Shown one piece after another: positions 8,532 to 17,650 of a stretch of DNA of 64,000 nt. Origin of the DNA: an uncultured Planctomycetia bacterium (GTDB taxonomy: Bacteria; Omnitrophota; Gorgyraeia; 2-02-FULL-51-18); assembly GCA_964606485.1 (NCBI GenBank), contig CAZSGP010000004.1, forward strand, positions 17,030 to 81,029, given 5' to 3'. The notes under the pieces are model-generated. The model saw only the letters and a list, made by a program, of their open reading frames with translations. It was not told the DNA's origin and made no database searches. The position numbers were made by a program, and so were the translations under genes. Each line of letters begins with the position of its first letter. Position 1 is the first letter of the stretch.

Positions 8532-9477
8532 GGCGTCCGCCTTGAGGGCCTCTGTTCATTCCCTCACCACGTCCACCGCGACCCTCTTGTCCGCCGCCTT
8601 GTCTCATTTCTTGACGGTTGTCCTGACGGTTTTCTCTGCGATCCATCCGGTCTTCACGGTGGTCGCGCACATCTTCGCGTCTATCTTGACGATCTTCATG
8701 ACGATCCCGAACATCTTCACGGCGGTCTCTTACATCTTCCCGGCGATCTCCGGCATCCTCACGGCGATCGCGAATGTCTTCTTGGCGATCGCGAATATCT
8801 TCCATCCGGTCGGCTTTGCCGCCATCATGCTGGGCATCCCAAATATCTTCCCGGCGGTCAGCAATATCCTCTCGACGATCCGCAATGTCTTCTCGTTTAT
8901 CGCGGTAATCCTCTCTCCGGTCACTCACATCCTCGCGACGATCTTTTACGTCTTCACGGTTGTCCCGATAATCTTCACGGCGATCTTGGTAGTCTTCCTT
9001 GCGATCGCGGAAATCTTCCCTGCGATCCTGATACTCTTCGCGCTTCTCATCCCGTCTTTCCTCGCGCCGCTCGGCCATTTCCTTTCGGGCTTCACGGTAT
9101 TCTTCGGTTCCTTTGCGCGGACGGCCGTCTTTGCCTTCTTTTATATTTTCCGCAATCTTCGGATGATTCTCCAAAAACTGCTGATACTTTTCCGGATTCC
9201 TTTCTTTCATTTCTGAAAGCCGGTTTTTCATCACCTCTTTAAATTTCTCAGGGTCTTCCTTCTTGAGTTGCTGAAGCTTTTCTCGCTGTTTCTCCTGAAT
9301 TTTTTCTTTCACTTCTTTAAATTTCTCAGGGTTTTCTTCTTTAAGCTTCTTAAGCTTTTCTATTTTTTCTTGACGAATTTGGGCCTTCTCATCAGCGAAT
9401 GCCGATCCGACCGGCAAAGCCGCCAAAAAAGTAACCGCCGTTACTGCGTACAGAAATTTTTGAATCAGTGTCTTCAT
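8443..9477 (-). CDS. secreted charged tandem-repeat protein (about 20 copies of DRREDxRD, Gly/Gln-rich tail)
   Basis: Signal peptide, a K/E-rich EKFKEV region, an 8-aa periodic repeat encoded by 24-bp DNA repeats, and a GGQGG tail. First gene of the ECF sigma operon. Confidence 0.6.
   Translation of the reverse strand: MKTLIQKFLYAVTAVTFLAALPVGSAFADEKAQIRQEKIEKLKKLKEENPEKFKEVKEKIQEKQREKLQQLKKEDPEKFKEVMKNRLSEMKERNPEKYQQFLENHPKIAENIKEGKDGRPRKGTEEYREARKEMAERREERRDEKREEYQDRREDFRDRKEDYQDRREDYRDNREDVKDRREDVSDRREDYRDKREDIADRREDIADRREDIWDAQHDGGKADRMEDIRDRQEDIRDRREDAGDRREDVRDRREDVRDRHEDRQDRREDVRDHREDRMDRRENRQDNRQEMRQGGGQEGRGGRGEGMNRGPQGGRHEGGQGGGPRGQEQRQGGGGGAKGGRDRR
8640..9010 (-). repeat. 24-bp tandem repeat array (coding)
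   Basis: The period-24 unit atcttcacggcgatc(gcg/ccg)ga is reiterated; it encodes the DRREDIxD repeats. Confidence 0.7.
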
Positions 9478-9581
9478 GGGTTTAATCCTTTCGTTTATTC
9501 TACCCTATTAGACGCAAGAATCACTAAAAAGGTTTAACGTTATTTAAAGATGTAACCTATTGATTTTATTTAGGTTGTGGA

Positions 9582-10766
9582 CTAACTAATAATGACGAGA
9601 CTCGAGGTATACCCGTGAATGTAGTTTTTTTGGCTCACGGGGCCAATCTCACCATTGGCGAAGAATCCGGTCAGCGGCAAGGGTCCGCGAAGCGACTGAA
9701 TGAGCCTAGCGTCGTGCCCGAGCTCTCCGTACAAATGCTGTCCGCGTCCGCAACAGGTGACGAGAATTCCGCCCCTAGTAGAGGTATTTTCGGTCTTAGA
9801 AGAAAGGTCCAACATATGCGTCAAGTCTTCGGTAGAAGTTTCCGCGTCACGAATCTGAAACTGAAGCGTCTGTCCAACGCGAAGCGTCGCCCCCACCATC
9901 AGCGCGCCGCTATCCGGGTCAAATCCCATGATGTTTCGGATTAAAAAATCGCCTCGTTTAAAATCGCTTTTTTGTTCGCTCATCGCAAGACCCACAAAAA
10001 GCGAATGCTCGGAAAGCGCTTTGTCTTTGGGTGGTAAACTTTGAAGCAAGTCCCGTGTCACTTCAAGAGCCGGACGACCAGCCAGTTCAAATAAAACATT
10101 TTGATCTGCGCGCGTGATCACAAACGGTTTCCCTACCGGACGACAACCCTGCGACACCAGCGTCTCGAAACGAATGTCCCCTAAAAAAGCAAGTCCCACA
10201 GCGCCGTCTGTGTGTACTTTTCCGCTCAGTCCAAGCCACGTGGCCGCACCCATCACGCCGCCGGATGCTAGCCCCCCAATCACCGGCGCATTTTTGTAGC
10301 CCAAGTTAAAAGCGGCAAGCAGTTGATCAATCTGACACGTCCCTGGGTCCGCCACGCATAAAAATTTCGGGTTTTCGGTGGGATATAAATCTAAAAAATT
10401 AATGAGATCAGTACCTGTTTTAATGCTCGCCGAATCATCCTGCGGAATGTGAAACGGATAAATTTTAACGTCAGGCAAATGCATGGCCAAAATGGAAATG
10501 GCGGGTTCCATTTCGACTTCAACTTTGTCGGAGACGACGCCACTTGCGTTGCAGCCTATTGAAAACCGCGCGCGGCTTGCCTCATGAATTTGTTTACAGA
10601 AAATTTGCGGGTCGAATCTCTTATAGCCTTCGGAGACAAAGTAAATGAGCACGTCACAAGACTTTTCACCAAACGCTTTCTCCAAATCTTTAGAGAAATG
10701 CTCCAGTGACGTTTGCCATTTTTTATCTTGAGCGATTTTAGAGAAAAATATTTTTGACATGGGCAA
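9582..10766 (-). CDS. FIST domain signal transduction protein
   Basis: FIST_N-like region and a FIST_C region with CCGRGQHLYG...GFFANGEIGP. Confidence 0.6.
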   Translation of the reverse strand: MPMSKIFFSKIAQDKKWQTSLEHFSKDLEKAFGEKSCDVLIYFVSEGYKRFDPQIFCKQIHEASRARFSIGCNASGVVSDKVEVEMEPAISILAMHLPDVKIYPFHIPQDDSASIKTGTDLINFLDLYPTENPKFLCVADPGTCQIDQLLAAFNLGYKNAPVIGGLASGGVMGAATWLGLSGKVHTDGAVGLAFLGDIRFETLVSQGCRPVGKPFVITRADQNVLFELAGRPALEVTRDLLQSLPPKDKALSEHSLFVGLAMSEQKSDFKRGDFLIRNIMGFDPDSGALMVGATLRVGQTLQFQIRDAETSTEDLTHMLDLSSKTENTSTRGGILVTCCGRGQHLYGELGHDARLIQSLRGPLPLTGFFANGEIGPVSQKNYIHGYTSSLVIIS

Positions 10767-10774
10767 TTAGTATA

Positions 10775-12304
10775 TCAATACGACACGCCTCGGTTCCACT
10801 GCTGTCTCACGGCGCTGTCTTCGGCGGTTTCATCCGATTGTCCGTATTCGGGTGCCTGGCGGATGATTTCAATGGCATTTTCAATTTGTTTCTTTAATTC
10901 CTCGTCGGGTTTGAGCGTCAACGCTTTCTTAAAAGCCTGGTAAGCGGACATCCGCTTTTTATTTTTCCAGTACGCGACTCCCAAATGATAAACCACTTTT
11001 GGATCCTGAATGTCCTCTTCTTTAAACAGTGTTTCGAGTTCCTTGACCGCGGCACCCGGCTTATTTAAAAATTCATGTTCCAGGTACGCAATAAATTCCG
11101 AGGTTTGAATTCTAAATTGTTTTGCTTCCGCTTCTTCCTCGGCGCTCTCTGAATTTTTCCGCATTTCTTTGAGATAGCTTTGAGAAAGTTTAAGCTCCGC
11201 TAGCGCTTTCTCGTATTCATTTTTCTTCAAATATAAAAATCGTCCCCAGTAAAGCCGTGTCATCGGCGACTGCGGATTCGTTTCCAGCGCTTTTTTATAA
11301 AGACGCTCGGCCTCACCCAAGTTACCCTTTTCTTCGTACACGCGCGCGGCCATCGCCATGGCTCCGGTGTCACCCGGATTAAAAGCCAGCGCTTCTTTGG
11401 CCATGCCTAACGCCCGGTCATATTCTCTTTCTTCAATTAAACGGTTCATTCCAAAACGGTCTCCTGGTAGCGAACGGATATGCTCTAGCAATCCCGAAAC
11501 CGTCTCCTTGGAAATTGTTTCGCTGCGTCTTGGCCTTAAAGTTTCTCTCAAGGCCTTTTTGTAGTGCGTCCTCGCTTTTTCATAATTTTTTTGAATCACA
11601 AAAATATCCGCGAGCCGCTCCTGAAGAGTTTCATTTCTTGGATCGGCCTTGGCCAAAATTTCAGTGTAGTGTCTGGCCTTTTCAGTTTGCCCCGATCCGT
11701 AGTATCCGTCGGCGAGCTTAAGGATTAACGCCGCGTCCATCGAGTCTCTGCGAACCATTTCCTCCCAATGCGGCCCAACGAGCGCCATGTAAAGCGGCTC
11801 TTTTTCCATCACCAAAGCCGCTTGCTCGTGCAAAGTGGGATTTTTTGAATTAAAAATTTCCGGGTTTGCTTCCATGCGCGAAATCGCTGTTTCCAAAAAT
11901 TTCTTCGTTAAGGAATCGACACCCAATTTTTTAGCCACTTTAAAATATTCAACTGCCTTCGCGTAATCCTTGCGGCCATAGGCGCATTCGCCCAAACGAA
12001 TCGGGTTCTGCGCGTCCTTCGGCTTTTCTTCGGCTGCAAATTCAAAATAAGCCGACGCTGTCTCAAAATCATCCCGATCGAACGCCGCTTGCCCGAGAGC
12101 CACCGCTTCCTGCGCATTTTCCACGTCCATCAACGCATAGGCTTTTAGTGGTCCTATAAAAACAAGGGCAAAAATAAACAGATAACGGGTGACGGCGGTG
12201 GGCGCCCAGATCCGCGCGCAGGCTGCTGAAAGACGCCGAGCACGGGCTGGGTAACCGCCGGCAGGACCCGTTAGCTGTTTATTTTTAAAACCCGCTAGTT
12301 GCAT
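10775..12304 (-). CDS. tetratricopeptide repeat protein with N-terminal signal/TM
   Basis: Multiple TPR-like 34-aa repeats (AxxYxxA patterns) and the hydrophobic segment YLFIFALVFIGPL. Confidence 0.65.
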   Translation of the reverse strand: MQLAGFKNKQLTGPAGGYPARARRLSAACARIWAPTAVTRYLFIFALVFIGPLKAYALMDVENAQEAVALGQAAFDRDDFETASAYFEFAAEEKPKDAQNPIRLGECAYGRKDYAKAVEYFKVAKKLGVDSLTKKFLETAISRMEANPEIFNSKNPTLHEQAALVMEKEPLYMALVGPHWEEMVRRDSMDAALILKLADGYYGSGQTEKARHYTEILAKADPRNETLQERLADIFVIQKNYEKARTHYKKALRETLRPRRSETISKETVSGLLEHIRSLPGDRFGMNRLIEEREYDRALGMAKEALAFNPGDTGAMAMAARVYEEKGNLGEAERLYKKALETNPQSPMTRLYWGRFLYLKKNEYEKALAELKLSQSYLKEMRKNSESAEEEAEAKQFRIQTSEFIAYLEHEFLNKPGAAVKELETLFKEEDIQDPKVVYHLGVAYWKNKKRMSAYQAFKKALTLKPDEELKKQIENAIEIIRQAPEYGQSDETAEDSAVRQQWNRGVSY

Positions 12305-13040
12305 ATCTCATGAACCCCATCCCTAAAATTGCTCCGTTATAAAGCATGTGTAAAAATATCACGTACCACGTTGATCCCGTTTTCTCCTTCGCCATCGAAA
12401 GCCACAGCCCGCCAAAGAGGTAAATAAAAAAACTCTCCGGACTATCTAGCACTTGCGGGTAATGCGCACCCGCAAATAAACACGCGGTGATCAAAACGCC
12501 GGCTACTGCTCCGAATGCTTCGCCGAGCACCGGCTGAAGTCGGCCTCTAAAAAAAATTTCCTCAGTGATGGGAGCCACCACGAGCATCGACAAGACCGAC
12601 ACGGTATTTCCAATCCATGCGGCTTCTTTAAAAAATAAACTGGTCGGCAAGTCCGGTGCTAACACATCAAATCCGTTACGAATCCCGACACCAATTGCAA
12701 AAACAGCGTACCCGATTGTCCAACCCATCATCCGCCAAGGCCAAGGCTTGGTCAAACCCAGTTCTTTGGCCGGATTTTTCCCCCGAAAAAGAAGCAGCGC
12801 ACTGATCACGAGCACCACCCCAAGCTTCAACACAAACGTCTCGGTAAAAATGTAAACGTGAACTTTTAAAAGCGGCTCTTTGGTAAAAATATAAAAATGT
12901 TCGCGTAAAAATTCGACCATTTGAAGCGAGGTTTCTGAACGCGCTAAAAGCCACGAGCCTGCAAACACCACACCCCACAGCACCAGTACTTCCGCGAGCG
13001 CCCAGGGCGAGCGGACTTTAATCATTCGCGATAAATTCAA
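12285..13040 (-). CDS. CPBP family intramembrane metalloprotease (CAAX/Abi)
   Basis: EEIFFRG motif 1 and FAGAHY motif; multiple TM helices. Confidence 0.7.
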   Translation of the reverse strand: MNLSRMIKVRSPWALAEVLVLWGVVFAGSWLLARSETSLQMVEFLREHFYIFTKEPLLKVHVYIFTETFVLKLGVVLVISALLLFRGKNPAKELGLTKPWPWRMMGWTIGYAVFAIGVGIRNGFDVLAPDLPTSLFFKEAAWIGNTVSVLSMLVVAPITEEIFFRGRLQPVLGEAFGAVAGVLITACLFAGAHYPQVLDSPESFFIYLFGGLWLSMAKEKTGSTWYVIFLHMLYNGAILGMGFMRYATSGF

Positions 13041-13695
13041 AACGGCTAGGCTTCCCGGTCGCAGAATCTTTCACGAGGGTTAATTTTTTCGGCGGCTTTC
13101 CTTTGTAATGCACGCGCGCAATGATTTCCTGGCCCAAATAACAGCCCTTATCGTAAGAAACATATTCTTCGTTCCCCACGGACAAGAGTAGGGGTCCAAT
13201 TAATTGGACCCCTTCGTCAAAATCAACGCCTTGTGTCGGCATTTCGTTTTCCAGGCAAAACTCGCGAAATTCTGAGTCACTCACATTTGCGTCCAGCGCC
13301 GTTTTCGGTCCAATCAGCGCTCCCTCCTTCGCTGAAGCTTCGGAGGGTAAACCTCTCGTCTGTGGAATGTAAATTTCCCCGCGCTCCGGCTCACGTTCTC
13401 CGGTGAGATCATAATACAAATAAAAATCCGGCGCTTCTTCGAGCACCGTGTCCATCATCACCAAATAATTTTTGAGGTGCTCTTGCAAACGCGCTAAAAA
13501 CGCTTTCTCGATCACGAGAATAATTTTATCCGGCCCCAGATACATTTGGTCACAGACGGCAACAATCTGGCCTTTTAAATTCACAAACGCGTTCTTCGGC
13601 TTATCAAGTGTATTCGTCGAATACGCCTTCATAAACTCCGCGGCCTTACCTTTTAGGCGCAGTGCGACTTTATTTTTTAAATGATATAGCTTCAT
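13018..13695 (-). CDS. ygfZ: folate-binding protein YgfZ family
   Basis: Conserved KGCYLGQE motif near the C-terminus. Confidence 0.65.
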   Translation of the reverse strand: MKLYHLKNKVALRLKGKAAEFMKAYSTNTLDKPKNAFVNLKGQIVAVCDQMYLGPDKIILVIEKAFLARLQEHLKNYLVMMDTVLEEAPDFYLYYDLTGEREPERGEIYIPQTRGLPSEASAKEGALIGPKTALDANVSDSEFREFCLENEMPTQGVDFDEGVQLIGPLLLSVGNEEYVSYDKGCYLGQEIIARVHYKGKPPKKLTLVKDSATGKPSRFEFIAND

Positions 13696-14369
13696 TGTAT
13701 GCCCAAATGCTTTTCCTTAAGCCACTTTTTTGCCGCTTGATGCTCAGGGTAAAAAGCTTCGACAAGTTCCCAAAATTTTTCAGAGTGATTGTGGTATTTT
13801 AAGTGCGAGAGTTCATGCACCACCACGTAGTCGATAATCGCTAGCGGCGCCATCACAAGCTTCCAGTTAAAACACAAACTCCCCCGCGTACTGCATGAGC
13901 CCCAGCGCCGCTTGGCGCTCGACAATTTGATTGCTTGGTATTTGAGCCCCATGAGTTTCGCCCACTCTGCACAGCGCTCGGTGAACACGCGAAAAGCCTC
14001 TTCACGGTACCAGCGCTCAAAAAGTTTCGGCGCGCGTCTTAAGTGTTTCGCCGATAAAATAAACTGGTCCTCAAACAAAAATTTCCCAAACATATCCTCT
14101 GCGATGTGAAGCGGGTAGTCATTCCCCAGGTACGGAAAAAGTTCCCCCTCTACAAACTGCCTTGGCGCCCGCTCTTGCCGGCGCGCTTTTACACGCTCGG
14201 ATGTTTTTTCAATCCACGCCTCGTTTTTTTGAATGAATTCACGAATCAATCGGTCGGGCGCTTTAAGTGGCGCGCGCACCACAAGCAACCCTTCTTCATC
14301 GATGTGAAGGGCTAGTGTTCGGCGGTCGGAGCGAATGAGTTTTGGCTGTGGTGGGGCATTCATTCTCAA
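13692..14369 (-). CDS. DUF45/YgjP-like metal-dependent hydrolase (M48-like)
   Basis: WGSCS and HELSHL motifs. Confidence 0.65.
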   Translation of the reverse strand: MRMNAPPQPKLIRSDRRTLALHIDEEGLLVVRAPLKAPDRLIREFIQKNEAWIEKTSERVKARRQERAPRQFVEGELFPYLGNDYPLHIAEDMFGKFLFEDQFILSAKHLRRAPKLFERWYREEAFRVFTERCAEWAKLMGLKYQAIKLSSAKRRWGSCSTRGSLCFNWKLVMAPLAIIDYVVVHELSHLKYHNHSEKFWELVEAFYPEHQAAKKWLKEKHLGIQ

Positions 14370-14460
14370 ATCATACCTGAAATTCTAAAATGGCTACAAG
14401 CTTAATCCTATGTTGTTTTTTAATTTTCGCGGTAGAATACGCGCAAAGGATGCTCTCGCT

Positions 14461-14802
14461 ATGAAAAATGATATGACCTTAGACATGGTGTACAAAGTCA
14501 AAGCGGATTTTCTGGGCTCGCTCAGCCACCCGGTTCGTCTGAAAATCATCGAAACCTTAAAAACGCAGGAAAAGAGCGTCGGAACACTCGTCAAAGAACT
14601 CGGCGTCCAACAGTCGAGCTTATCGAGACATCTTTTGGCTCTACGCGACGCCGGCATTCTCAAATCGCGGCAGGAACGTACGACCGTGTATTACAGCATT
14701 CAGGATTTTGAAATTTTTCAGGTCCTCCGGCCCATTGCGGTCATGCTTCGTAAGAAATTTAAAAAGTCCGAGCAGTTCCTCACCACTCTCGGGAAGGGTT
14801 AA
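14461..14802 (+). CDS. ArsR/SmtB family transcriptional regulator
   Basis: LSHPVRLKIIETLK...SVGTLVKELGVQQSSLSRHL wHTH motif. Start set at the Met of MKNDMTLD. Confidence 0.7.
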   Translation: MKNDMTLDMVYKVKADFLGSLSHPVRLKIIETLKTQEKSVGTLVKELGVQQSSLSRHLLALRDAGILKSRQERTTVYYSIQDFEIFQVLRPIAVMLRKKFKKSEQFLTTLGKG

Positions 14803-14854
14803 TCCTCCAAACCACGGTTGTCTTGCCAAAAATTCATTTTATTGATATATTCCG

Positions 14855-14866
14855 ATATTCGAATAT
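14855..14866. promoter_or_regulatory. perfect 12-bp palindrome atattcgaatat; candidate operator
   Basis: Located 12 bp upstream of the GTG start of the 14878 gene and just downstream of the ArsR-family gene. Confidence 0.3.
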
Positions 14867-14877
14867 AAGGATATAAA

Positions 14878-15249
14878 GTGATTCGGACTTTTTTAAATCA
14901 TCTAGCGGGCAAAAAGCATAGCCGCCTCGCAGGCGAAAAGCGCGGTGTTGTTTTATCCTTGCGCCTTAACTGGCTCCCTACGCAAGTAACCGTCGCCGGC
15001 AGTTTCAATCGCTGGTCCTGCTTTAGCCATCCGCTCAAACTTTCGGCCTCAGGGGCTTGGGAAACCACGATTGCCTTAGAGCCCGGCAGCTACCGTTACC
15101 GCTTTCTTGCGGATAACTCGCGGTGGATTCTTGACCCGCTGGCAGACTCTGCTTTCAACGACTTCGGCGGCACCGATTCCGTTTTAACGGTCACTCATTT
15201 GACACAGGAAGCCCAGCGCGAAACAAAATTTGCCGGGCAGTACGCATGA
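14878..15249 (+). CDS. CBM48/AMPK glycogen-binding-domain-like protein
   Basis: VTVAGSFNRWS...WETTIALEPGSYRYRFLADNSRWILDP resembles an early-set/CBM48 domain. Confidence 0.4.
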   Translation: MIRTFLNHLAGKKHSRLAGEKRGVVLSLRLNWLPTQVTVAGSFNRWSCFSHPLKLSASGAWETTIALEPGSYRYRFLADNSRWILDPLADSAFNDFGGTDSVLTVTHLTQEAQRETKFAGQYA

Positions 15250-15983
15250 TCGCCAAACTTCCCCGTTGGGTATGGGCCGGAGCTGCGGTGCTGGCGCTTT
15301 GCGCGGGCATGATCAATGTCATCGCAATTTTGGGCTTTGTGCACAAAGGCATCACGCATGTGACGGGCAATTGCAGCTTGTTGTCCGTTGAGATTTTAAA
15401 CGGAGATTGGAAGAGCCTTAAAGAGACATTCTGTGTCATTGCCTCCTTCTTTCTAGGTTCTGTCCTTGCGGGCATCATCATTCGAGACGCTCATCTTCGT
15501 ATGGGCAGGCGTTACGGCGTTGCGCTGGCTGTCGAGTGCGTCTTGTTGTTGGTTTCCACGTACGGTTTTATCAGAGGGGCGTCTTACGGAGAATTTTTTG
15601 CGAGCATGGCTGCGGGCTTGCAAAATGCAATGGCCAGCACTTACAGTGAAGCGATTGTCCGCACGACTCATCTAACGGGTATTCTTACTGATCTCGGATC
15701 TCTGGTGGGTCACGCGCTCCGTCGAATAAAAATTGATCTAAAAAGAATCCGGTTACTCTCCACTATTTTTATTTCATTTTTAGTCGGTGGATTGCTAGGG
15801 GCTATTACCTATCGGAGTTTGGGCGCACTCGCCATGTCGGTGCCCGCGGTGATTATCGGAGCTTCGGCTGTATTTTATGAGTTTTTTCGCAGGACAATTT
15901 CTAAAAATAAATTCGCTCCGCTTAGCCGCCTTGCAGAGCCTATCTCGGTTGAAGCAGTCTCCGAACCAAGCAATAGCCGTTAA
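15246..15983 (+). CDS. DUF1275 (YoaK) family membrane protein
   Basis: Six predicted TM helices; HVTGN and TTHLTG motifs. Confidence 0.55.
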   Translation: MIAKLPRWVWAGAAVLALCAGMINVIAILGFVHKGITHVTGNCSLLSVEILNGDWKSLKETFCVIASFFLGSVLAGIIIRDAHLRMGRRYGVALAVECVLLLVSTYGFIRGASYGEFFASMAAGLQNAMASTYSEAIVRTTHLTGILTDLGSLVGHALRRIKIDLKRIRLLSTIFISFLVGGLLGAITYRSLGALAMSVPAVIIGASAVFYEFFRRTISKNKFAPLSRLAEPISVEAVSEPSNSR

Positions 15984-15986
15984 GAA

Positions 15987-16349
15987 TTAATTTTTTGAAT
16001 CGATCGACTCAATCGCCTGGAGAATCAGCGGCAGGTAGCGGTCCACACAACACTCGATTTCCTCGCGGTTTGGGCAGCTGCCATTGGGCCGGGAGCTTGC
16101 GCAGTGACTGCAAACTTTTTCACGAAGTGTGTGAACGTAGGAACTGACTTGTTTCGAGTGAATGGACTTTGCGATATAGACTAATTCTTTTAGGTTTCTG
16201 ATCACCGCGCAGGTTTCGCGGCCGCCGGACTTATGACAAATGCTATCCTGGCCAAAATCGATGCAGTGCGCGCAGACGTTTTTTAGAATCGCCTCTTCGT
16301 ACTGAGCCTTTCGAGTCTCAAATTCCTGCTCAAAATTCTTTTCGTACAT
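15987..16349 (-). CDS. Cys-rich hypothetical protein
   Basis: CAHC, CH, C, CSHC and ECC cysteine clusters. A TTGATT-17-TAAAAT promoter-like sequence lies upstream. Confidence 0.4.
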   Translation of the reverse strand: MYEKNFEQEFETRKAQYEEAILKNVCAHCIDFGQDSICHKSGGRETCAVIRNLKELVYIAKSIHSKQVSSYVHTLREKVCSHCASSRPNGSCPNREEIECCVDRYLPLILQAIESIDSKN

Positions 16350-16432
16350 CGCCCGACCCCCCTAATAAATTAATCATTTCTAAACAAATTTTAACATTCT
16401 TTTCTAAAAAAATCAAATGGGACAACAAAAAT

Positions 16433-16470
16433 CCCGCAGGGGCCATAAGCCACTGCGGGAGATTGGGAGT
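16433..16470 (-). terminator. rho-independent terminator (minus strand)
   Basis: On the minus strand, stem tcccgcag / ctgcggga followed by tttttgttg. Confidence 0.45.
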
Positions 16471-16474
16471 CGCC

Positions 16475-16618
16475 TTAAACGTTTTGGGTTTCGGGCGCGG
16501 AAGTTTCAGAAGGCGCGTTTGCGGTATTTTCACCTAAACGCTTAATTCTTTTCTCTTCCTTCTTTTTCTTTTTTGCTTCTTCGATTCGTCTTTTATTCCC
16601 TTTAAAATTATCCCTCAT
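16475..16618 (-). CDS. small lysine-rich ORF (47 aa), unannotated
   Basis: TAAATG junction with the upstream gene. Encodes MRDNFKGNKRRIEEAKKKKKEEKRIKRL... and is followed directly by the terminator. Confidence 0.3.
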   Translation of the reverse strand: MRDNFKGNKRRIEEAKKKKKEEKRIKRLGENTANAPSETSAPETQNV

Positions 16619-16819
16619 TTACCGTCCGCTATTTTTCTGTTTAGAAAAACAAGCTTTGCAGTAAACCGGACGGTCTTCGCGGGGCTTAAAAGGAACTTCG
16701 CATTCCTGTTTGCATTCCGCGCAAGTTGCTTTGAACATTTCCTTCGGACCACCGAACCCACCACCTTGATAACCCATTAACTCCTCCTTGTGAAAAACAA
16801 CACCTTGTCCAGCTCCCAC
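16619..16819 (-). CDS. small zinc-ribbon protein
   Basis: CAECKQEC...(17)...YCKACF, a CxxC-x17-CxxC arrangement; glycine-rich N-terminus. Confidence 0.45.
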   Translation of the reverse strand: MGAGQGVVFHKEELMGYQGGGFGGPKEMFKATCAECKQECEVPFKPREDRPVYCKACFSKQKNSGR

Positions 16820-16837
16820 TTTACAGCAAAATTGTTT

Positions 16838-17650
16838 TTACCGGTGTCTTTTTTTACTAAACCGACGCTTCTTTAGTGACATACGCGCCTTTGTCGTCAT
16901 GTGCTTTTTAGGTTTCGACTTTAATTTCTTTTTTACTTTTTTAACTTTCTTCGCTGGCGCGGCTTTCGCCTTCGCTTTCTTCTCAACCACGGGAGGCTCA
17001 ATCACCGCCACCACAGCCGTCGGGTCAAATGCCGGAATCTCTTCTTTATAAGAAAGTCCTTCAAGCGACTTATAAGCAATCCGGCGATGACGCGTGTTGA
17101 CTTCGTATTCTGAAATTCCCGCCTCGTAGATGCGTTTTAAAAATGTGGGATGATCAATCTTCTCTTGTTGCGCGTCTTGAATAGCTGACTGCACGGCGGT
17201 CACATCGTATCGTCCGGGTTGCGCGGCGCTAATTTGTACTCCCTTGATCGTCAGCGCTTCTCCCCCGGGTCCGTAAAACACAACTTGGTTTAAGGCGACA
17301 TCGGTTTTGTAGCCGTTAATCCCTGCCTCGACGAGAAAATCAATAAACTGAGGGTATTTTATTTTTTTCTCGTTCATTTTTTTGAGTGCAGCTTGGACCA
17401 GTTTCGTCGCCGCTTCGTTTAAATCATAACGAAAAAGCTCGCGACGTCTTAGTTTAAGTTCCGGCTTTGCCTTTAAAAGCGCATTTAAAATTTTTTCCTG
17501 AACGTTCGGCGAAATTCTTCGGCCCGAACGGCCTTTGTTCACCATTTTGAACGTCAACTGCTCGGTCGAAACGTTCACGAGATCCGCGTTCGATAACTTC
17601 AGCTGAGTCATCAGCGCATCTAGCGGCTGAGCGCTGTTTTCATTTTCCAT
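16838..17650 (-). CDS. tandem DUF1398-like protein with histone H1-like K-rich tail
   Basis: Two segments (YPQFIDFLVEAGINGYKTDVALNQVVFYG and HPTFLKRIYEAGISEYEVNT) plus a C-terminal KKAKAKAAPAKKVKKVKKKLKSKPKK tail. Confidence 0.4.
   Translation of the reverse strand: MENENSAQPLDALMTQLKLSNADLVNVSTEQLTFKMVNKGRSGRRISPNVQEKILNALLKAKPELKLRRRELFRYDLNEAATKLVQAALKKMNEKKIKYPQFIDFLVEAGINGYKTDVALNQVVFYGPGGEALTIKGVQISAAQPGRYDVTAVQSAIQDAQQEKIDHPTFLKRIYEAGISEYEVNTRHRRIAYKSLEGLSYKEEIPAFDPTAVVAVIEPPVVEKKAKAKAAPAKKVKKVKKKLKSKPKKHMTTKARMSLKKRRFSKKRHR

Noticed and set aside
8640-9010. Possible CRISPR array because of the regular 24-bp repeats
   Set aside because: The repeats are contiguous with no unique spacers, are in-frame coding for DRREDxRD units, and there are no cas genes nearby.
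8466-9242. Two long plus-strand ORFs (258 and 243 aa) antisense to the repeat-protein gene
   Set aside because: Their openness is a by-product of the 24-bp periodic repeat, and their translations are low-complexity strings (HLHGG..., ILTAIANVF...). The minus-strand frame carries the signal peptide and a coherent repeat protein.
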